DNA from: an uncultured Lachnospiraceae bacterium
GTDB lineage: Bacteria; Bacillota; Clostridia; Lachnospirales; Lachnospiraceae
DNA length: 64,000 bases
NCBI GenBank assembly: GCA_910587095.1
Contig: CAJUMJ010000041.1
Location: 30,028 to 94,027 of the forward strand
Direction: 5' to 3'
Below are positions 61,577 to 64,000 of the stretch, piece after piece. The notes beneath the pieces were generated by a model. That model did no database searches and was not told where the DNA came from. It worked only from the letters and a program-made list of their open reading frames with translations. Both the position numbers and the translations under genes were made by a program. Numbering within the stretch: position 1 is the stretch's first letter; each line of letters starts with the position of its first letter.

Positions 61577-64000
61577 TTACACCAGCAGCTCTTCCATCCT
61601 CCCGAGCGCATCCTGCGTCAAGGCAAGCAATGTCTCCTCATCCTTCTCTATCACCCCGCACTTCCTGTAATGCAGATAAAAAGTGGGATCGCCCTTCGGA
61701 TCAAACCGCAGTCTCCCACAGTAATCGCTGATAAGAACAGGAATATTTTCCACCCGTATGGGCGCATCGGGCCGCAGGGTAAAACTGATCCTCTCGTTTT
61801 TCCCCTTCACTTCCGGCATATATAGTCTGTGCGCATGAGAGCGGATCAGCGCAATACGCAAAAGATTCTCCGCCGATTTCGGTATTTGACCAAACCGGTC
61901 AAGCAGTTCTTCCCGCATGTCGTCGCACTCCCTCTCGTTCTCGATGCCCGCGATACGCTTGTAGATATCCAGCTTCTGCACCTCGTTTACAATGTAAGAA
62001 GGAGGGATATAGGCGTCCACGTCCAAATCCACAAGGGTATTAAAGTCCTCGATAACCGAGATTCCCTTTTTCGTCTTGACCGCCTCGTTTAGCATCTTGC
62101 AATAGAGGTCGTAGCCCACCGCCTGCATGTGTCCGTGCTGGCTTTTTCCAAGAAGATTTCCCGCTCCCCGGATCTCCAAATCCCGCATGGCGATCTTAAA
62201 TCCGCTCCCCAGCTCCGTAAATTCCCGGATGGCCTCGAGACGTTTCTCAGCCACCTCCTTCAATACCTTGTCCCGTTTATACATAAGAAAGGCATAGGCG
62301 GTCCGGTTGGAACGTCCCACCCGGCCCCTGAGCTGATAGAGCTGGGAAAGCCCCATCTGATCGGAATCGTGGATAATCATCGTATTTACATTGGAGATAT
62401 CAAGCCCCGTCTCTATGATAGTGGTGGACACCAGCACATCGATATCCCCATTCACAAAGTCGTACATGATCCTCTCAAGCTCCGCCTCCTTCATCTGTCC
62501 GTGGGCAAAGGCCACGTTTGCCTCCGGCGCCAGATCGCTGATGAAAGCCGCTATGTCCGCTATGTTATTGACACGATTATAGACATAGTATACCTGTCCG
62601 TCCCTGGAAAGCTCTCTAACAATAGCCTCTCTGACCAGCTCTTCATTGTACTCACAGACAAAAGTCTGGATCGGCAGCCTGTCCTCGGGCGCCTCCTCCA
62701 ACACGCTCATATCCCTGATCCCCACGAGGCTCATATGCAAAGTCCTGGGAATGGGTGTCGCCGTCAGCGTCAGCACATCCACATTTTCTTTCAGCTTTTT
62801 AATTTTTTCCTTGTGCGTCACACCGAAACGCTGTTCCTCATCTATAATAAGAAGTCCCAAATCTTTAAATTCCACATCCGCCGACAGCACCCGGTGGGTT
62901 CCGATCACGATATCCACCATGCCCTTCTTTAGATCCGCGATCGTCTTTCTCTGTTCCGCAGCCGTTCGGAAACGGGACATCAAGTCAATCCGCACGGGAA
63001 AATCCTTCATTCTCTGTACAAAAGTGTTGTAGTGCTGCTGGGCAAGGATGGTAGTCGGGACGAGATATACAACCTGTTTGTCCTCCTGCACAGCCTTAAA
63101 AGCCGCGCGGATGGCAATCTCCGTCTTGCCGTATCCCACATCTCCGCAGATCAGGCGATCCATAATCTTATCGCTCTCCATATCCGCTTTCGTGGCTGAA
63201 ATAGCCGTCGCCTGATCTTCCGTTTCCTCGAAAGGAAACATCTCCTCAAATTCCCTCTGCCAAACGCTATCCGGCCCGTAGCAATAGCCCTTGCCGTTCT
63301 GTCTGGCCGCATAGAGCTTCACCAGATCGCCGGCCACCGCTTCCACCGCCGTGCGCACCTTGGACTTTGTCCTTGTCCATTCCTGGGTGCCCAGCTTGTT
63401 GAGCTTCGGCTTCGTCCCGCCGTCCGCCGAGGCGTACTTCTGGATCACGTCAAACCCCGTCGCCAAAACGTAAAGCACACCGCCGTCCCGGTAAGAAATT
63501 TTCATGTAGTCCTTTACCACATGGTCCACTTCCACCTTCTCTATCCCCTGATAGACGCCAAGGCCATGACTCTCATGCACCACATAGTCTCCTACCCGCA
63601 GGTCGTTAAAATCATTGATCTTCTGCCCTTCGTACTTCCTCTTCTTTCTCTTTTTCTTCTTCTGCGAACCGAAAATATCGCTCTCCGCAATCACCATAAA
63701 CTTCAAAAGCGGATACTCAAAACCTTTGCGCACACGTCCATAGCCGGTCATCACCTCTCCCGGCTGCACTTCCCGCATGGGATCCTCCGTGTAAAAGGCA
63801 CTTATTTCCTCCTCCCTAAGCTCCTCCGCCAGACGTTTCGCCCGGGTTCTGGAACCGGAAAGCAGTAAAATCCGGTAACCTTTTTTCCTGTAATTTTTCA
63901 AGTCTTTGACAAGCGACTCAAAGCTGTTGTTATAGGAGGGAAGGCTGCGCGCCTGGACGGCGTACTTTTTGTCCGTTTTGAGAAGAGGGTTTCTCCCATC
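61577..64000 (-). CDS. mfd: Transcription-repair coupling factor, N-terminus beyond the right edge
   Basis: CarD/TRCF RNAP-interacting motif, DEAD-box helicase motifs (GDVGYGKTE, DEEQRFG) and a TRG region. The reading frame stays open to position 64000. Confidence 0.9.
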   Translation of the reverse strand, partial: DGRNPLLKTDKKYAVQARSLPSYNNSFESLVKDLKNYRKKGYRILLLSGSRTRAKRLAEELREEEISAFYTEDPMREVQPGEVMTGYGRVRKGFEYPLLKFMVIAESDIFGSQKKKKRKKRKYEGQKINDFNDLRVGDYVVHESHGLGVYQGIEKVEVDHVVKDYMKISYRDGGVLYVLATGFDVIQKYASADGGTKPKLNKLGTQEWTRTKSKVRTAVEAVAGDLVKLYAARQNGKGYCYGPDSVWQREFEEMFPFEETEDQATAISATKADMESDKIMDRLICGDVGYGKTEIAIRAAFKAVQEDKQVVYLVPTTILAQQHYNTFVQRMKDFPVRIDLMSRFRTAAEQRKTIADLKKGMVDIVIGTHRVLSADVEFKDLGLLIIDEEQRFGVTHKEKIKKLKENVDVLTLTATPIPRTLHMSLVGIRDMSVLEEAPEDRLPIQTFVCEYNEELVREAIVRELSRDGQVYYVYNRVNNIADIAAFISDLAPEANVAFAHGQMKEAELERIMYDFVNGDIDVLVSTTIIETGLDISNVNTMIIHDSDQMGLSQLYQLRGRVGRSNRTAYAFLMYKRDKVLKEVAEKRLEAIREFTELGSGFKIAMRDLEIRGAGNLLGKSQHGHMQAVGYDLYCKMLNEAVKTKKGISVIEDFNTLVDLDVDAYIPPSYIVNEVQKLDIYKRIAGIENERECDDMREELLDRFGQIPKSAENLLRIALIRSHAHRLYMPEVKGKNERISFTLRPDAPIRVENIPVLISDYCGRLRFDPKGDPTFYLHYRKCGVIEKDEETLLALTQDALGRMEELLV

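Overview
This 64-kb chromosomal window appears to come from a moderately GC-rich, endospore-forming Firmicute. That placement is an inference from a Clostridia/Lachnospiraceae-like protein flavour and from spoIID, a SpoIIQ-like gene and spoVT. There are about 48 protein genes, nearly all on the minus strand and tightly packed. Housekeeping genes are pyrC, plsC, an aconitase-family hydratase, hflX, glgP, ileS with a T-box leader, pncB, a beta carbonic anhydrase, ddl, a murF-like ligase, a 1-phosphofructokinase-family kinase and mfd (truncated at the right edge). Five accessory or unusual parts stand out. (1) A ~17-kb exopolysaccharide-type block (32.1-48.4 kb) is built around a BcsA-like GT2 synthase with PilZ, an MBOAT+DHHW acylation pair, an MBL-fold protein and a GH5 glucanase. 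Its most unusual content is two diverged copies of a three-gene module: VTC-domain protein / DUF4956 membrane protein / extracytoplasmic CotH-kinase-like protein. The second copy has its own promoter and is co-operonic with an OmpR-type two-component system. (2) A ~1.4-kb AT-rich islet carries a lone Abi_2 (AbiD/F-like, R-x4-H) gene. (3) An HscC-like Hsp70 abuts a 1139-aa TPR protein whose J-like domain reads NPE where HPD is expected. (4) Several families of perfect-stem hairpin repeats and MITE-like insertions sit in intergenic regions and leaders. (5) Six 11-bp-phased GCATCA-type boxes lie upstream of an amidase-deacetylase fusion gene. I saw no rRNA, tRNA, CRISPR, transposase or integrase genes. 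All family assignments come from reading motifs in the translated ORFs; no database search was possible.
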